NCBI GenBank assembly: GCA_028867755.1
Contig: JAGWFT010000001.1
Coordinates: 1,124,727-1,188,726 of the forward strand
Direction of reading: 5' to 3'
Source: Nitrososphaerota archaeon
GTDB taxonomy: Archaea; Thermoproteota; Nitrososphaeria; Nitrososphaerales; Nitrosopumilaceae
DNA length: 64,000 nt
The stretch's first letter is position 1; the number at the start of each line of letters is the position of its first letter. The notes below the pieces were generated by a model. The model worked only from the letters and a program-made list of their open reading frames with translations, had not been told where the DNA came from and did no database searches. Of the stretch, positions 26,720 through 37,159 are shown one piece after another. A program made the position numbers and the translations under genes.

Positions 26720-28891
26720 TTGGTAAAAAAAGATGAACTGCTTCAGATGCGCGTTGGAGAAGCCAAGCAAAGAGACGTAGGTAAGAGACGAGCCAGAATA
26801 GAACCAGAGGCCATGGAGTTTTTAAAAGTAGAACCAGGGGACATGATAGAGATTATAGGAAAAAAGTCCAGTTGTGCAATAGTATGGCCAGCAGATGACG
26901 ACAACAAAGCTCCAGACATGGTTCGAATAGACGGACAGACTAGAAAGAATGTTGGTGTTGGAATAAACGACTTGGTCAACGTCAAAAAAGTCATTGCAAA
27001 ACCAGCAAAAAGTGTTGTACTTATGCCAGTCAACGGAAATGTCACAGTAGACAAGGAATTTACAGATTTTGTCAAGAATAGGCTAAAGGGTTTACCTCTT
27101 TCAGAAGGTGATGAGATATCAGTCATGATTCTTGGAAATTCAATGGACTTTAAGATACACAAGATTACACCAAAAAATGTCGTCAAAATAGAGCGCAATA
27201 CTGCACTTACTATTTTAACCGAAGCATCAGTTGACAAAAAGATTCGAGTTACATACGAGGAGATAGGCGGCCTCAGAGCACAAATAAACAGAATGCGTGA
27301 GATTGTAGAACTCCCCTTAAAACACCCTGAGGTTTTCAATAGATTAAATGTAGAACCACACAGTGGCATTCTTTTGTATGGCCCTCCAGGATGTGGCAAA
27401 ACATTGATTGCGAAAGTACTTGCAAGTGAATCAGAAGCTAACTTTTATTCGATAAATGGACCTGAGATAATGAACAAGTATTATGGAGAGACAGAGGCAA
27501 GGCTTAGAGATATTTTCAAGGAAGCAAAAGACAACGCCCCAAGTGTGATATTTGTTGATGAGATTGATGCAATTGCTCCAAAAAGAGAAGAAGCATACGG
27601 AGATGTTGAGAAAAGAGTCGTGGCTCAGCTATTGGCATTGATGGATGGCTTGACAGAGAGAGGCAATGTCATTGTACTTGGGGCAACAAATAGACCCGAG
27701 AGTGTAGATCCTGCATTAAGAAGACCAGGAAGGTTTGACAGAGAGATTGAGATCTCAGTTCCAAATGCAGACGGCAGGCTAGAAATTTTACAGATTCATA
27801 CACGTGGAATGCCACTTGCAGATGATGTTGATCTAAAACTTTTATCAGCAGAGCTTCACGGATACACTGGTGCTGACATCAAGTCTCTTTGCAGAGAGGC
27901 GGCAATGAAAGCTCTTAGAACCTTTTTGCCAGAAATTGAAATGGAAACTGAAAAAATATCTTCAGAGATATTGCAGAAAATGTCTATACGTCTTCAGGAC
28001 TTTTACGATGCAACACATGAGATTGTTCCTACTGCCATGAGGGAGTTCTATGTCGAGAGCCCAAAAATTTGGTGGAAGGACGTGGGCGGATTAGACGATG
28101 CAAAAAGAACCCTAAATGATAATTTGATTACAACAATAAAAGAGCCTGCAAAATTTCAAAAGATGGGGATTAAACCACCTAAAGGTGCATTGCTTTACGG
28201 TCCACCAGGATGTGGAAAATCATTGCTTGCAAGAGCGCTTGCAACAGAAAGTGGCGGCAACATGATACTAGTAAGAGGAGCAGAAATATTGTCAAAATGG
28301 GTAGGTGAATCTGAAAAAGCAATAAGAGAGATTTTCAGAAAGGCGAAGGCGTCGTCACCATGTATCATAATTTTCGATGAGCTTGATTCTCTGGCAAGAT
28401 CAAAGTCACTTGAAGAAGGAGGTGTGGGGGAGAGATTACTCAGCCAGTTGCTTACAGAAATGGAAGACGGCGGGGCTGCACGAGTAGTAGTAATAGGAAT
28501 TTCCAACAGACCTGATCTCATAGACCCGTCATTGCTAAGACCTGGACGTTTAGACTTGATACTATTCATCCCACCGCCTGAGGAAAAGGGAAGATTAGAG
28601 ATAATCAAGACACTTACCAGACCAATGCCACTGTCTGGAGATGTAGACTTGAAGGAGATTGCATTTGCTACAAAGGGATACACGGGTGCTGACTTGGTAG
28701 CTGTATGCAGAGAGGCAGCAGTGCAAGCACTGAGAACCAATGCACCAAAAATTAACAGTGTAGACTTTGCTGCAGCATTAAAGGTCGTCAAGCCTTCGAT
28801 TACTAAAGGCGTGGAAGACTGGTATACTTCAATCAAAGACAATATATCATACGCACTACCCAAGCCCATCGACAAGGCGTTTTATGGTTAG
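26720..28891 (+). CDS. cdc48: CDC48/VCP family AAA+ ATPase
   Basis: N domain plus two AAA modules ([16 protein letters not shown]; DEID, DELD; [13 protein letters not shown]). Confidence 0.95.
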   Translation: MVKKDELLQMRVGEAKQRDVGKRRARIEPEAMEFLKVEPGDMIEIIGKKSSCAIVWPADDDNKAPDMVRIDGQTRKNVGVGINDLVNVKKVIAKPAKSVVLMPVNGNVTVDKEFTDFVKNRLKGLPLSEGDEISVMILGNSMDFKIHKITPKNVVKIERNTALTILTEASVDKKIRVTYEEIGGLRAQINRMREIVELPLKHPEVFNRLNVEPHSGILLYGPPGCGKTLIAKVLASESEANFYSINGPEIMNKYYGETEARLRDIFKEAKDNAPSVIFVDEIDAIAPKREEAYGDVEKRVVAQLLALMDGLTERGNVIVLGATNRPESVDPALRRPGRFDREIEISVPNADGRLEILQIHTRGMPLADDVDLKLLSAELHGYTGADIKSLCREAAMKALRTFLPEIEMETEKISSEILQKMSIRLQDFYDATHEIVPTAMREFYVESPKIWWKDVGGLDDAKRTLNDNLITTIKEPAKFQKMGIKPPKGALLYGPPGCGKSLLARALATESGGNMILVRGAEILSKWVGESEKAIREIFRKAKASSPCIIIFDELDSLARSKSLEEGGVGERLLSQLLTEMEDGGAARVVVIGISNRPDLIDPSLLRPGRLDLILFIPPPEEKGRLEIIKTLTRPMPLSGDVDLKEIAFATKGYTGADLVAVCREAAVQALRTNAPKINSVDFAAALKVVKPSITKGVEDWYTSIKDNISYALPKPIDKAFYG

Positions 28892-28893
28892 AT

Positions 28894-29211
28894 ATGGCAA
28901 CAATACCTCTTAGAAACACAATATACGAGATAATAAAAAATGCCGGTGCTATGACAGATTCGGAACTCTCAAAGGCATTGACAAAAGCAGGAATTTCTAT
29001 TCCTGAAGATGAGTTCAACAAGACACTGCTAAATCTTGAGATTTATGGTCTCATCAAAGTGACGTGGCTAACAAAAGATGAGAGGCGAGTTGAGATTTTT
29101 GTAAAAGAAGCAGAAGAAGACGAGATAGAAAAACAAAATAGAGAAAGTCTAGAAAAAGAGTATGAAGCGGGATTTCCCGGCGTAGAACAAGAAACAGACA
29201 TCGAAGAATAA
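28894..29211 (+). CDS. winged-helix-like hypothetical protein
   Basis: FNKTLLNLEIYGLIKV pattern, acidic tail; coupled to cdc48. Confidence 0.75.
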   Translation: MATIPLRNTIYEIIKNAGAMTDSELSKALTKAGISIPEDEFNKTLLNLEIYGLIKVTWLTKDERRVEIFVKEAEEDEIEKQNRESLEKEYEAGFPGVEQETDIEE

Positions 29212-29212
29212 T

Positions 29213-30139
29213 TTATTTTATTACCGGAAAATGAAATGCCGCATCAAGTGCAATTCCTACAAATATTATTGTAAGATATGGAGCAGTTACCTTGTAGGCT
29301 TTCCATGCAAAGTCCGAAGTTGGGGTTTTTGTTAGTTTGTAATGATATACCAACATCAGACCGCCTGAAACTACAGCAATTCCTAGATAGACATAACCCA
29401 AACCAAATGCCACAAGCGCTATCGAATATGGAAGTAATATCGCGGTGTTAACAAGTATGTACTTTGATGTCTTTTGCATACCTATCAATACTGGCAACAT
29501 TGGAACATGTGCTTCTGCATAATCGTCCCTTATTTTCATTGCAAGACACCAAAAATGAGAAGGAGTCCATGCAAAGACAAGAACGCCTACAAGTGCTCCC
29601 AGTATGTCCATTGAGCCAGTAGCAGCAGACCATCCTGCCATAGCTGCACAGCTGCCAGCAAAGCCACCAATTACAATATTTGATGAGTTGGTACGCTTGA
29701 GCCATGCAGTATAGATTATCACATAGAAGAATATTCCAAGTGCGATGAGAAATGTAGAGATTGGATTTAGAGTAAACCATGCATAAATTACAGAGATTGC
29801 ACTTACAATTATACCATACAACAAAACATTTCTTGCAGACATTCTTCCTGATGGAATTGGTCTCTTGTTGGTTCGTTTCATCAATGGATCAATATCTCGA
29901 TCATAATAGTGGTTAAGAGCACTTGAGCCAGCAGAAGACAGCGATCCGGCTATAATTATGTGCAATAAACTGACATAGTTAAGTGGGGGACCTATCAGCT
30001 TGCTAGCCGCATACATTGATGTTACTGCAGTAATTACAAGTAAAACTACTATACGTGGTTTTGATATTTCCAGTATTTCTTTTAATCCCACAGGCCTTAG
30101 CGGGTCTTTTGGGAATTTAATTTCTTCGAAGTTTGCCAC
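29213..30139 (-). CDS. cyoE: protoheme IX farnesyltransferase (heme o synthase)
   Basis: NHYYDRDIDPLMKRTNKRPIPSGR, YTAWLKR, WTPSHFW, DDY motifs. Confidence 0.95.
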   Translation of the reverse strand: MANFEEIKFPKDPLRPVGLKEILEISKPRIVVLLVITAVTSMYAASKLIGPPLNYVSLLHIIIAGSLSSAGSSALNHYYDRDIDPLMKRTNKRPIPSGRMSARNVLLYGIIVSAISVIYAWFTLNPISTFLIALGIFFYVIIYTAWLKRTNSSNIVIGGFAGSCAAMAGWSAATGSMDILGALVGVLVFAWTPSHFWCLAMKIRDDYAEAHVPMLPVLIGMQKTSKYILVNTAILLPYSIALVAFGLGYVYLGIAVVSGGLMLVYHYKLTKTPTSDFAWKAYKVTAPYLTIIFVGIALDAAFHFPVIK

Positions 30140-30185
30140 TAGAGGTCAAAAGAATTAAGTAGCTCACTTAATCGAACTACCACAG

Positions 30186-31283
30186 ATGAGTGACTGGGAT
30201 CTAATGATGCCTGGCATGGGTTTGACTGCAATAGGTCTTGGAGGAGTGATTTTGTCTTACTTGGGAATTGCCAATACTTTCCTCACAGGAATGCAGGCAC
30301 TTTCAGGTTTAACCATGTTTATGGGCATGGTGTTCTTGTCTGCCGGAATTCTAAGCGGTGGTGTTTCAACTAGTCCAAGAGCCAAAGCAACAACTCTTGT
30401 AATATTTGGAATTGCTGGCTCTGTTGGAGCTTATGCAATAAGTCTGAACACAGTCATAACATCATTGCCCAGATTCGTAGGAGTTTTAATTATCATAATC
30501 ATACCAACCGTTGTCATAGCATTTTCAGCTATGAAGGCACAGAAATATTTCAGGCCAATAACTGTGATATTTTTGGCTGCCATGGCAGTAGGAGTTGGTT
30601 CGTTTACAGCGTTTGGATTCATAGGACCTGGTGCTCAATTCTCATTGCATTCACAAAACATGACCAATGCTACAGAAGCAGCTAGTTCGACTTTACCAAC
30701 AGCCCCTGTGATAACAGTCAGCATACCAGTAAATGCATCCATCAAAGGAAATCCCAACTTTACACCAAATATTGTTACAGTTCCAAAAGGCGACATAATA
30801 GAATGGACCAATAACGACACAGTACCTCACACTGTTACAAATGCACCAGATGGTGCAATATTTGATTCTAGCCTAATTGCGGCTGGTAAGACATACTCAC
30901 TTGACACATCAAAACTAAACGCAACAGAATACGATTACATGTGCACGGTACACCCCTTCATGACAGGTAAGATAGTAATAACTCAGCCAGCTGTTGCAAA
31001 TGTGACAATCTCAAAAGGAGCATCTACACAAAGTGCTGGACAAAAATACTTTGATCCGGCAAGTCTTTCTGTCAAAGTTGGAACAACTGTAACTTGGACC
31101 AACCAAGACAGTGCAGCACATACTGTTACAAGTGGTGATCCAAGTGCAGGACCCTCTGGTACATTTGACTCTAGTCTAATCAAACCAGGCAACACATTCA
31201 AACATGCGTTTACAACTGCTGGTACAACATCATACTTCTGTACAGTTCATCCATGGATGACTGGAAAAGTAATAGTAGGATGA
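30186..31283 (+). CDS. membrane-anchored protein with two plastocyanin-like blue copper domains
   Basis: N-terminal TM helices; two type-1 Cu sites HTVT...CTVHPFM and HTVT...CTVHPWM. Confidence 0.9.
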   Translation: MSDWDLMMPGMGLTAIGLGGVILSYLGIANTFLTGMQALSGLTMFMGMVFLSAGILSGGVSTSPRAKATTLVIFGIAGSVGAYAISLNTVITSLPRFVGVLIIIIIPTVVIAFSAMKAQKYFRPITVIFLAAMAVGVGSFTAFGFIGPGAQFSLHSQNMTNATEAASSTLPTAPVITVSIPVNASIKGNPNFTPNIVTVPKGDIIEWTNNDTVPHTVTNAPDGAIFDSSLIAAGKTYSLDTSKLNATEYDYMCTVHPFMTGKIVITQPAVANVTISKGASTQSAGQKYFDPASLSVKVGTTVTWTNQDSAAHTVTSGDPSAGPSGTFDSSLIKPGNTFKHAFTTAGTTSYFCTVHPWMTGKVIVG

Positions 31284-31693
31284 CATTACAAAAAAAGATA
31301 GTCCTTTCCAAAAATCACATCGATATTCTAAGAAATCACGCAAAACAAAATAAACCCAATGAATCTTGTGCCATACTTTTTGGAAAAAGTGACAGCAGTC
31401 AATTTTTGACATCAGATGTATTTCTAACAAAAAATTCAGAGCCCTCTCCTGTTAATTTTACCATATCAAACGATGATCTGATAAGAGCATATGAAGAATC
31501 TGAGAAGAGGAATTTAGAAGTCATAGGAATTTTCCACTCTCATCCAGATTCGATTGCTTATCCCTCCTCCACTGACCGCCAATACATGGAAGTAAATCCA
31601 GTTCCGTGGATTATCTATTCAAACACAAAAGATGAGTTTAGAGCATATATTTTAGAATCAGCCATCATACCAATAGATGTAACAATCCTTTAG
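31280..31693 (+). CDS. JAMM/MPN+ metalloprotease (M67 family)
   Basis: NESC...FHSHP...PSSTD; ATG 31280 overlaps the cupredoxin stop. Confidence 0.9.
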   Translation: MTLQKKIVLSKNHIDILRNHAKQNKPNESCAILFGKSDSSQFLTSDVFLTKNSEPSPVNFTISNDDLIRAYEESEKRNLEVIGIFHSHPDSIAYPSSTDRQYMEVNPVPWIIYSNTKDEFRAYILESAIIPIDVTIL

Positions 31694-31695
31694 CA

Positions 31696-31812
31696 TTATT
31701 GTTTGTGTATGTTCTTTTTATGTCGCTCAAAATGCTCTTTATCTACAAAGGTTGCACTACAATCCTTACATTTGAATCCGGATTTTTGGCCCCACACTGA
31801 CAAGTGATGCAC
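31696..31812 (-). CDS. C2H2 zinc-finger microprotein (35-38 aa), absent from ORF track
   Basis: Manual translation (M)HHLSVWGQKSGFKCKDCSATFVDKEHFERHKKNIHKQ; GTG 31812 or TTG 31803 start. Confidence 0.7.
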   Translation of the reverse strand: MHHLSVWGQKSGFKCKDCSATFVDKEHFERHKKNIHKQ

Positions 31813-31830
31813 GTAAGTTACGTAAAAGAA

Positions 31831-32220
31831 TTACTCTAGCCTAAACGTCGCCTTTGCACCATCATGGACTTTTTTCACAAATTCTCCATCAGTTGCACTT
31901 GTCTTTCCTATTACATTCACAGGAGAATACGGCTTTATCTCACCCTTTGAGCCAATAGGAGTCGGCCCAAAAAATAGACATATTGCCTTACCTTGTGGCC
32001 AATAAGCTACGTCCATCAAGTCTACTGATGATTTTGAATTTTCTGCACCTACATCTATTGGAGTCTTGTCTGTGTAAAGTTCTTGCCCCCAGACATTTAT
32101 TCCAACATCAAGTGGAAGACAACTAAGAAATGATCTAACTGTCTTTGGTGCGATCTTGTCATCCAATTCTAGAATAATACTATTGATCTTTGGGAGATCG
32201 ACCCTCACTTTATGCATCAT
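31831..32220 (-). CDS. cyclophilin-like fold protein (DUF369/TM1367 type)
   Basis: NVWGQELY, DVAYWPQGKAICLFFGPTP, SPVNVIG. Confidence 0.85.
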   Translation of the reverse strand: MMHKVRVDLPKINSIILELDDKIAPKTVRSFLSCLPLDVGINVWGQELYTDKTPIDVGAENSKSSVDLMDVAYWPQGKAICLFFGPTPIGSKGEIKPYSPVNVIGKTSATDGEFVKKVHDGAKATFRLE

Positions 32221-32273
32221 AATAAAAGCCTGTATGATTTAGAATAAATATCCCTTTTTCACCCATCAAAAAC

Positions 32274-32531
32274 ATGGAAATTCACGTATACGACACATAT
32301 GTAGAAGCAAAGGACGGCCATACGATGCATTTTGATGTCATCACAAGTGTAAAGGATCATCAAAAGGCAATCCAGTATGCAAGAGAATGGTTAAAGACAA
32401 TAAACGAGGCAGATGCAAAAGTTACAACCGAAGAGTGTCAATTCTGCCACTCACAAGGTGCACCTCAGCCAATTGCCAATGAGATCCAGCAGAAAGGATA
32501 CTTTATCCAGAAGATGGAAGGCTGTCCATAA
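32274..32531 (+). CDS. DUF2024 family protein
   Basis: HVYDTYV..KDGHTMHFDV, ECQFCHS. Confidence 0.8.
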   Translation: MEIHVYDTYVEAKDGHTMHFDVITSVKDHQKAIQYAREWLKTINEADAKVTTEECQFCHSQGAPQPIANEIQQKGYFIQKMEGCP

Positions 32532-32563
32532 ACTATCTTTTTCAATTTTTAAACTCATTATTT

Positions 32564-32791
32564 TTGAAAACTCTTTTTAGATCGCTCTATCCTCTCGATA
32601 GTGTGGCAAAGAATAGCAAATACAACAAACTGACTGTAGAAGGCGACATTCAAACCAAGTGGATATGTGGGTGTTTTGAGACTGTTGATGGGTTCTTCAA
32701 GTTTTGCACAGAACACACTAATGCAATGAAAAAAACAATAGAGGCTCAAATAGATGAGCTTGACATGACATTGATTGTGAATGACAAATAG
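32564..32791 (+). CDS. small hypothetical protein (CxC...CxxH)
   Basis: WICGCFET...KFCTEH; start uncertain (TTG 32564 or a later GTG). Confidence 0.6.
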   Translation: MKTLFRSLYPLDSVAKNSKYNKLTVEGDIQTKWICGCFETVDGFFKFCTEHTNAMKKTIEAQIDELDMTLIVNDK

Positions 32792-32802
32792 ACTGTGTTA
32801 TC

Positions 32803-34836
32803 CTACAGAACAAAAATAGCAACAAATGCAGATACGAAAACTATTGCTACTGTGTTTAACAATTTAATGACAGTGTTTAGCGCAGGTCCTGCGGTGTCCT
32901 TGTAAGGATCTCCTATTATATCTCCAACAATTGCTATCTTATGTTCTTCAGTTCCCTTTTGCTTGTTAATTTCCATGTATTTTTTGGCATTGTCCCACGC
33001 ACCACCAGTATTTGCCAGATGGAAGGCCAAGAAAATTCCTGTAATTACTGCACCCATTAAAAGTCCAACTACTGCAGATGGGCCCAGAATTATACCAAGT
33101 ACTATCGGTGCTGCAATTGTTATTGTTGCAGATTTCCAAAGCTCACGCAATGAAGCTACTGTTGCGACATCAACACATTTTGCATAGTCAGGTTTTGTCT
33201 CGTGGGTCAAAATTCCAGGAGATTCTTTGAATTGTCGTCTTACTTCTTCTACCATTTTAGAAGCTGCTCTTGCTACTGCAGAAATAAGCTGGCTTGTGAT
33301 AAAGAACGGCAACAGACCTCCTACAAGTAATCCAATAACTACTGCGGGATTTGAAAGACTATAATCAAAAACGTGATGAAATACTTTTCCTGCTTCATAT
33401 TGAAATGCTTGAATCATAGCTAGCGCAGCTAGACCTGCACTTGCAATTGCAAAACCTTTAGTCACAGCCTTTGTAGTATTTCCTACTGCATCAATTTCAT
33501 CTGTAACTTTACGATTTTCTTCGCCCATACCTGTCATCTCTACAATTCCACCTGCATTGTCACTGATAGGACCAAATGCATCTATACTCAACACGATTCC
33601 TGCAAGGCTTAGCATTGCCATAGCTGTAAGCGATGTGCCAAATATTCCGTAAAGTGTGGCTTGTGTAGGATCTGGTGCTGCAGACGATGCCAATACATAC
33701 GATGTAGCCAGAGCTATAACAATGGCAATCATGAATGGACCTGTTGAGCGCATTCCTTGTATGATTCCCATCAGTGTAAGTGATGCATACCCCCATTTTG
33801 CAGAGGCCGCAATTTCTTGGACTGGCTTGAATCTATAGCTTGTAAAATAATCTGTAATTCGCTGTATTACTGGTACCAGAATAACGCCTATCACAGTACT
33901 GCCAAATAACGCATATGCAATCTGGGTATGACCTAGAAAGAAATATGTGAAAACAAAATTAAGTGCAATTGCTATTGCAGCAGAAACATAAAATGCATTG
34001 GCAAGTGGCTTGTTTACGTCTGTCATCTTTCTTGGAGTTATGGTTGCAATGCCGATGATAGATGCAAATAATCCTGAAGCACCAACTAGCATAGGATAAA
34101 ACAAGTTCTGAGGAGTTCCAATCAGCCCAGCAATCAGTAACGATGCAAGCATTGTTACAATATATGATTCATAAATATCAGACCCCATACCAGCCGCGTC
34201 ACCTACATTATCTCCCACGTTATCAGCAATCGTTGCGGGGTTTCGCGGATCATCTTCTGGGATATTTGCTTCTACTTTTCCTACCAAGTCTGCACCCATG
34301 TCTGCAGCCTTTGTGAAGATTCCACCACCAACTCTGATAAACAATGCAATCAAGCTAGCACCTATACCAACTCCAGCAATTGTAATAGGACTTGGAAATG
34401 CAAAATAGAGTAAACTCATGCCCAAAAGAGCCATAGCAGGCACGGCAAGACCTACTGTTGCCCCACCCCTAAATGCAAGAGCAAAGGTATGTCCAAGGCC
34501 TTTCCCAGATGCATTTGCAGCTCTAACTGCTGCCTTTACTGTAATTTTGAGTGCGATTAATCCAGCAATAGCAGAAAGCCCAGCACCTACAGCAAAAGCA
34601 ATGCCGTTGGTAGATCCAATTGCAGCACCAATCAAGACTGCAAGACCTATGGCTATAGGAATAACAATTCTAAATTCTCTTCTTAAAAACGCCATTGCGC
34701 CTACCCCTACCGCATTTGAAATATCCAGCATCTGTTGAGTTCCAGGTTTTTGTTTAGATACCCATGTTGCAAGTACTGCTGCAATGATAAAAGATACGAT
34801 TGACGCACCGACAGGAATCATTTCTTTTAGCGTCAT
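32803..34836 (-). CDS. hppA: membrane-bound proton-pumping pyrophosphatase, K+-independent type
   Basis: GGGIFTKAADMGADLVGKVE, DNVGDNVGD, DAVGNTTKAVTKG (Lys at the K+-dependence position), GDPYKDTAGP. Confidence 0.95.
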   Translation of the reverse strand: MTLKEMIPVGASIVSFIIAAVLATWVSKQKPGTQQMLDISNAVGVGAMAFLRREFRIVIPIAIGLAVLIGAAIGSTNGIAFAVGAGLSAIAGLIALKITVKAAVRAANASGKGLGHTFALAFRGGATVGLAVPAMALLGMSLLYFAFPSPITIAGVGIGASLIALFIRVGGGIFTKAADMGADLVGKVEANIPEDDPRNPATIADNVGDNVGDAAGMGSDIYESYIVTMLASLLIAGLIGTPQNLFYPMLVGASGLFASIIGIATITPRKMTDVNKPLANAFYVSAAIAIALNFVFTYFFLGHTQIAYALFGSTVIGVILVPVIQRITDYFTSYRFKPVQEIAASAKWGYASLTLMGIIQGMRSTGPFMIAIVIALATSYVLASSAAPDPTQATLYGIFGTSLTAMAMLSLAGIVLSIDAFGPISDNAGGIVEMTGMGEENRKVTDEIDAVGNTTKAVTKGFAIASAGLAALAMIQAFQYEAGKVFHHVFDYSLSNPAVVIGLLVGGLLPFFITSQLISAVARAASKMVEEVRRQFKESPGILTHETKPDYAKCVDVATVASLRELWKSATITIAAPIVLGIILGPSAVVGLLMGAVITGIFLAFHLANTGGAWDNAKKYMEINKQKGTEEHKIAIVGDIIGDPYKDTAGPALNTVIKLLNTVAIVFVSAFVAIFVL

Positions 34837-34935
34837 CTGAAAGTAAAGCCCGGATGGGTTATTTATATAAATTTATTCTACTTTCTTCGTAGAATGTTAT
34901 AATGACACGGTTTAAAATTACTTTAAAAAGAATTT

Positions 34936-35340
34936 TTACACTCTTTTTTGGTATGGTTTAAAATTTTTTCCTGCCAAGCCTTGCCTTACAAGCTTGTTGA
35001 AGCGCTTTCCATGGCTTAGATAGGGAAATCGAAAATGAATGAGCTCGTGCACTATGGTATTTTCAAGTGTCTTGTCATCAGGTATCTTCTTAATATTGAC
35101 AAATACAAGATTGTGCTGCAAATATGACACCCCCAAGTATTTGTAAGCCGAAGTCCTCCTGCCCTGGGTAACTTCCTTTGGCATGTCAAGAACTTCTCTA
35201 GTTGTTAGTAACACTTGGGGTTCTGAAATTCCAAACCTGTTTGAATAGATCCCAACCTTTTCCAATATCTTAACTTTCAAGTCTAAATCATGTTTCATTG
35301 CTTCAGAATCTTTCGGAAATAGTTTAATTGGAATTGTCAA
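34936..35340 (-). CDS. putative small zinc metallopeptidase (YgjP/SprT-like)
   Basis: VHELIHFRFPYLSHGKRF (HExxH plus downstream His). Confidence 0.65.
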   Translation of the reverse strand: MTIPIKLFPKDSEAMKHDLDLKVKILEKVGIYSNRFGISEPQVLLTTREVLDMPKEVTQGRRTSAYKYLGVSYLQHNLVFVNIKKIPDDKTLENTIVHELIHFRFPYLSHGKRFNKLVRQGLAGKNFKPYQKRV

Positions 35341-35457
35341 ATATCGTACAAGAGTTTGTGTATTTTTCCAAGTTTACCAAAAAAGTGGTTAATTTAGGGT
35401 CAGAAATCGTGTAGTTTTAATCACTAGTCATACAGCCACCGGATCATCATACCCCAA

Positions 35458-35952
35458 TTAACTCATAGAATCCATAATCTTTATCGCCGTATTTCTTATC
35501 TGTTCGGTTACCTTCATTACAACTAGGCCTTCATTTGGCTGTCCATACATAATGACAGCATTTTCTGGAGCATACAAGGCAGCAGGCAGGACTAGCAGAT
35601 CTTCTTCGCCCTTTACAATTATTCTAACTGGAGCATCTGCGTGAAAGGCCTTTTTTATGGTCTCTATACTTTCGTTAGTAATCTCTGCTGCAGGGTTTAC
35701 ACACTCGAGAGTTGTTCTTATTTTTCCTAGAGGTAAATTTCTTTCGTGTCTTTTTTCTAAAGAATCTACAATTTGTAAGGATGGGGCTAGTCCAAATTTT
35801 ATCATCTTTTCAGTTGTTGCATCCCCAACTGTTATTAAGAAAGCATCGTTTGGCATGGTTCGTAAAATATTCTCTTTTGTTACTTCTGAATCTCTAATCA
35901 ATAATCCCATAGGTTTTTTGAGACTATCACGTAAACTGTCTGGCAAACGCAC
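35458..35952 (-). CDS. GTP-dependent dephospho-CoA kinase (DUF359)
   Basis: LKKPMG, TVGDATT, NPAAEIT, GEEDLLVLP, YGQPNEG. Confidence 0.9.
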   Translation of the reverse strand: MRLPDSLRDSLKKPMGLLIRDSEVTKENILRTMPNDAFLITVGDATTEKMIKFGLAPSLQIVDSLEKRHERNLPLGKIRTTLECVNPAAEITNESIETIKKAFHADAPVRIIVKGEEDLLVLPAALYAPENAVIMYGQPNEGLVVMKVTEQIRNTAIKIMDSMS

Positions 35953-35978
35953 AAGATAATCTTTGTTTTATTCTATTT

Positions 35979-37061
35979 TTATGTAGCTACTTCTGCCTTC
36001 ATTTCTTCGCTAAGCTGGCTTGCAATCACGCTGCATCTTGCGGCTACATTTTTTGCCACAGTCATAAATGCTTGGGCATTAGGAGAGTTAGGATCGGTAA
36101 CAAGCACTGGCGTACCACTGTCAGAGCCTGCCATTATTCCAGGATTTAGTGGAATCCCGCCCAAGAACGGTAGATTATGTTTTTCACCCATTCTTCTTGC
36201 ACCGTCTTTACCAAAAATATAATGATCAGTATTGCAATTATTACATTTGAAGTAGCTCATGTTTTCTATCACACCGATAATTGGCACGTTGAGTTTTTGG
36301 AACATGCCAAAGGCCTTTACCGCCACATTGCTTGCAACCTCTTGTGGAGTCGTTACAACTACAATACCAGTAATAGGAATGGTTTGAGCCAGTGTCAGTG
36401 GAATATCTCCTGTTCCTGGAGGAAGATCTACGATTAGATAATCAAGATCAGTCCAGTTAGTATCTACCAAAAATTGTTTTAAAATTCCGGAAATTATGGG
36501 ACCACGATATATTGCAGCCTGATGTTCTTGATCAGCAAAGAATCCAAATGATACCACTTTTAATCCGTGCGAGTCTGCTGGTTGTAATTTATTATTTTCA
36601 ACTTCCATAGCAGCCTTTCCCATTCCTAGCATAAGTGGGACGCTTGGGCCGTAAATATCTGCATCAAGAATTCCAACTTTAGCCCCAGTTTTTACAAGAG
36701 CAAGTGCAAGATTTACAGAAACTGTTGTCTTGCCCACACCGCCCTTTCCGCTTGCAATGCCAATGATGTTTTTAACAGTTGGAAGCATCTCATCCATGCT
36801 AAGCGCACGTCCTTCCATTACCTTGGCAGTAACTTTGATGTCTGTTTTTGAGATGCCTGAAATTGTAGATATTGCCTTGCGCACATCCTGTTCTATCTCA
36901 TCATTGAAAGGGCATGCAGGTGTGGTTAGTTCCAAAGTAAACTTGATGTCACTACCATTAATCTCTAGATCCTTTATCATTCCCATTGAGACAATGTCTT
37001 TTTTGAGATCTGGATCAATTACTGTACTGAGTTTCTGCAAAACCTCGTCAACTGAGACCAT
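35979..37061 (-). CDS. apbC: Mrp/NBP35 (ApbC) Fe-S cluster carrier ATPase with N-terminal DUF59
   Basis: DPDL..DIV, LTTPACP, SGKGGVGKTT, DLPPGTGD, IENMSYFKC..C. Confidence 0.92.
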   Translation of the reverse strand: MVSVDEVLQKLSTVIDPDLKKDIVSMGMIKDLEINGSDIKFTLELTTPACPFNDEIEQDVRKAISTISGISKTDIKVTAKVMEGRALSMDEMLPTVKNIIGIASGKGGVGKTTVSVNLALALVKTGAKVGILDADIYGPSVPLMLGMGKAAMEVENNKLQPADSHGLKVVSFGFFADQEHQAAIYRGPIISGILKQFLVDTNWTDLDYLIVDLPPGTGDIPLTLAQTIPITGIVVVTTPQEVASNVAVKAFGMFQKLNVPIIGVIENMSYFKCNNCNTDHYIFGKDGARRMGEKHNLPFLGGIPLNPGIMAGSDSGTPVLVTDPNSPNAQAFMTVAKNVAARCSVIASQLSEEMKAEVAT

Positions 37062-37159
37062 ACAATTAAAAAATTCCTAGTACGATATTTAAACATAGGC
37101 AAAAATAGCATACAAGATATCCAAAGATTCATAAATTCAAATTCTGCCAGTTTTTTTGG

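Noticed and set aside
26743-28875. Long antisense ORFs 26743..27399 and 28195..28875
   Set aside because: Shadow frames opposite cdc48 with no recognisable motifs; expected from codon bias
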